Source: Leucoraja erinacea (lineage: Eukaryota). Taken from it: 64,000 nucleotides of DNA. Positions 61,761 to 64,000 of the stretch are shown one piece after another. Position numbers and translations under genes: made by a program. The number at the start of each line of letters is the position of its first letter. The stretch's first letter is position 1. The notes below the pieces were generated by a model. That model made no database searches, was not told the DNA's origin, and saw only the letters and a program-made list of their open reading frames with translations. The stretch is from contig NC_073387.1 in the NCBI RefSeq assembly GCF_028641065.1, positions 38,130,001 to 38,194,000 on the forward strand, read 5' to 3'.

Positions 61761-62387
61761 GCAGGAATTTTATAGGTACAAGGTTAAATCATCGGATTGA
61801 CGTTATAAACAGATCTGTCGTCTAGTTTCCATTCATGAGACCAATATTTGCACAGCATTGTGGACCAGACCCCAGTTATGAAATTAGCTGAGACTCGGAT
61901 GTCCTGGTCAAATGAACCATTCTTTCAATTTGATCTGCCAATAGGTATTAGTAGGGTTTTTCTTTACTTCATGGAATTCATCTTGCTAACGAACACAAGG
62001 GTGGGTTTGGATAATAATTAAGAGTAGAAACATGGGTGATTTTTCAATGAAACTAAATATTACGTAACCCCTGTCATGCAAGGCAGATGAGATTTATTTT
62101 GGTTGCATAAGCAAACAACAGTTCTGTGTCCTAAGCTGAATTCAAGTTAAGATGCTAGCTAAATTTGTTTTAATGCCATGAACCATTAAACATACATGTT
62201 AATTTCTAGATTACCCAAGCTATTTCAGCACAAAATAGGTACAAAATTCTGCATTAAAGTCTTAAAATAATTTTACAATGTCAAAATTTGTTAGTTATTT
62301 TGATACTTATTTTCCCATTCAAATAGGAAGATTATTGTACAGCTTTAACACTCATTAACCATGATTTATCTTTCCCAATGAGTGCAG

Positions 62388-62473
62388 GCTCTGAATGATG
62401 CCAAACGGGAGCTTCGTTATTTATTAGTTTATCTTCATGGAGATGATCATCAGGACACAGATGAGTTTTGTCG
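62388..62473 (+). CDS. FAF2: FAF2 exon 6 (ALNDAKRELRYLLVYLHGDDHQDTDEFCR; UAS domain)
   Basis: gtgcag acceptor and gtgagt donor, 86 nt. Confidence 0.95.
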
Positions 62474-62986
62474 GTGAGTGTAGTGAGGCTTTTTATTTAA
62501 TCAAATCCAATAGTGTGGTAATCTTTGTTTGCATGGGTGCTTTCAATAGCACAACAATAAACTTGGAGATTTTTACATATAATAACATGTTCCTATCGTG
62601 TGCTGGAAATTGCTCCCTTTGTTTAATAATGTTTTAAAATGTAGGCAGCTGCTGATGACCTGATGTGTTAATAGACCACATTAATATTGAGGAGACCCCA
62701 GGTTTGAATTAGGCCAGCTTGGCTGCTGATGTTTACTTTAAATACAATAACTACATTTGCATGTGATAAACCAGTTAGGGCTTATCATGATTGATTAACT
62801 GACTGATGTTAACTTTATTAATGAAAATGGGTATTCGAGTGAAATAGTTCCATAAATGAAATAGTGTTTAAGTAAAATGTGCCTCTGTATAAGGATATTC
62901 ATGGAGATGGGGGAGCAGGGTGTAGGCGATAAATGTGAGCATTCTGTCCTTGTGGATCACTAAATATCAGTTTGTTTCTACCTCAG

Positions 62987-63078
62987 TAATACGATGTGCT
63001 CTCCAGAAGTTGTAAACTTCATCAACACCAGGATGCTTTTCTGGGCCTGTACCACTAGTAAGCCGGAAGGCTATAGAG
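62987..63078 (+). CDS. FAF2: FAF2 exon 7 (NTMCSPEVVNFINTRMLFWACTTSKPEGYR); gene continues beyond window
   Basis: cctcag acceptor and gtaagt donor, 92 nt. Confidence 0.95.
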
Positions 63079-63185
63079 GTAAGTGTCAGCTTTACAGAAA
63101 TGAACTCTGCTGGTGCACTAATGAAATAAGCCTTGTTTTAAATTGAATGAGTCAGCTGCACATAAAATGAAATCGTGAATTAAAT

Positions 63186-63245
63186 CAATGAGTGCAGGAT
63201 CTGTACAATGTCAAACGGGAGTTTTGTTACTTATTAGTTCATCTT
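63186..63245 (+). pseudogene. Decayed partial duplicate of FAF2 exon 6 with its acceptor
   Basis: caatgagtgcag|gatctgtacaatgtcaaacgggagttttgttacttattagttcatctt aligns without gaps to 62376-62435. Confidence 0.85.
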
Positions 63246-64000
63246 AGAAACATAGAAAATAGGTGCAGGAGGCCATTTGGCTCTTCGAGCCAGCACTGCC
63301 ATTCATTGTGATCATGGCTGATCATCCACGATCAGTAACCCGTGCCCGCCTTCTCCCCATATCATAGAAACATAGAAAATAGGTGCAGAAGTAGGCCATT
63401 CGGCCCTTCGAGCCTGCACCGCCATTCAATATGATCATGGCTGATCATCCAACTCAGTATCCTGCACCTGCCTTCTCTCCATATCCTTTGATTCCGCTAG
63501 TCCCCAGAGCTCTATCTATATTTCTTTTAAATTCCTCCAGTAAATTGACCTCTAAAGCCTTCTGTGGCAGAGAATTCCCCAAATTCACAACTCTCTGGGT
63601 GAAAAAGTGTTTTCTCATCTCAGTTTTAAATGGCCTTCACTTTATTCTTAAACTGTGGCCCCCGGTTCTGGACTCCCCCAACATTGGGAATTTTTCCTGC
63701 ATCTAACCTGTCCAGTCTGTTTATAATTTTATATGTTTCTATAAGATCCCCTCTTATCCTTCTAAATTACAATGAATACAAGCCCAGTCTTTCCAATCTT
63801 TCCTCGTATGACAGTCCCACCATCCTAGGGATTAACCTTGTGAACCTACGATGCACTGCCTCAATAGCAAGGATGTCCTTCCTAAAATTAGGAAACCAAC
63901 ACTGCACACTATATTCCAGATGTGGTCTCACCAGGGCCCTGTACAACTGCAGGAGGATCTCTTTACTCCTATACTTAAGTCCTCTTGTTATGAAGGCCAA
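63246..64000 (-). mobile_element. CR1 LINE 3' region with tandemly duplicated 3' end; continues beyond window
   Basis: Two agaaacatagaaaataggtgcag tails (63246 and about 63366). ORF 63767-64000 has LLQLYRALVRPHLEY. Confidence 0.9.

Overview
Eukaryotic (vertebrate) genomic DNA, most likely from a cartilaginous fish such as a skate or ray. This is inferred from the repeat content and protein divergence, not proven. The window holds the conserved vertebrate block NOP16(-) / HIGD2A(+) / CLTB(-) / FAF2(+). I reconstructed the exons by hand from GT-AG boundaries and reading phase: NOP16 exons 1-3 (the rest lies left of the window), complete HIGD2A (2 exons), complete CLTB (6 coding exons including the 54-nt neuronal exon) and FAF2 exons 1-7 (the rest lies right of the window). 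Introns and intergenic DNA are dense with mobile elements: CR1 and L2/Rex-type LINEs, Penelope-like elements with minimal hammerhead-ribozyme motifs, two Tc1 copies, hAT-like and PIF/Harbinger-like non-autonomous elements, and two Helitron-like copies. Most ORFs in the supplied track are spurious. Most notable observations: a CR1 copy with a strong sense-strand A-to-G excess (possibly ADAR-edited before insertion); palindromic hammerhead-bearing Penelope-derived units, one holding a 30-nt copy of nearby host intron; a decayed duplicate of FAF2 exon 6; and a CLTB whose neuronal exon resembles CLTA. Repeat boundaries without TSD/TIR evidence are approximate.
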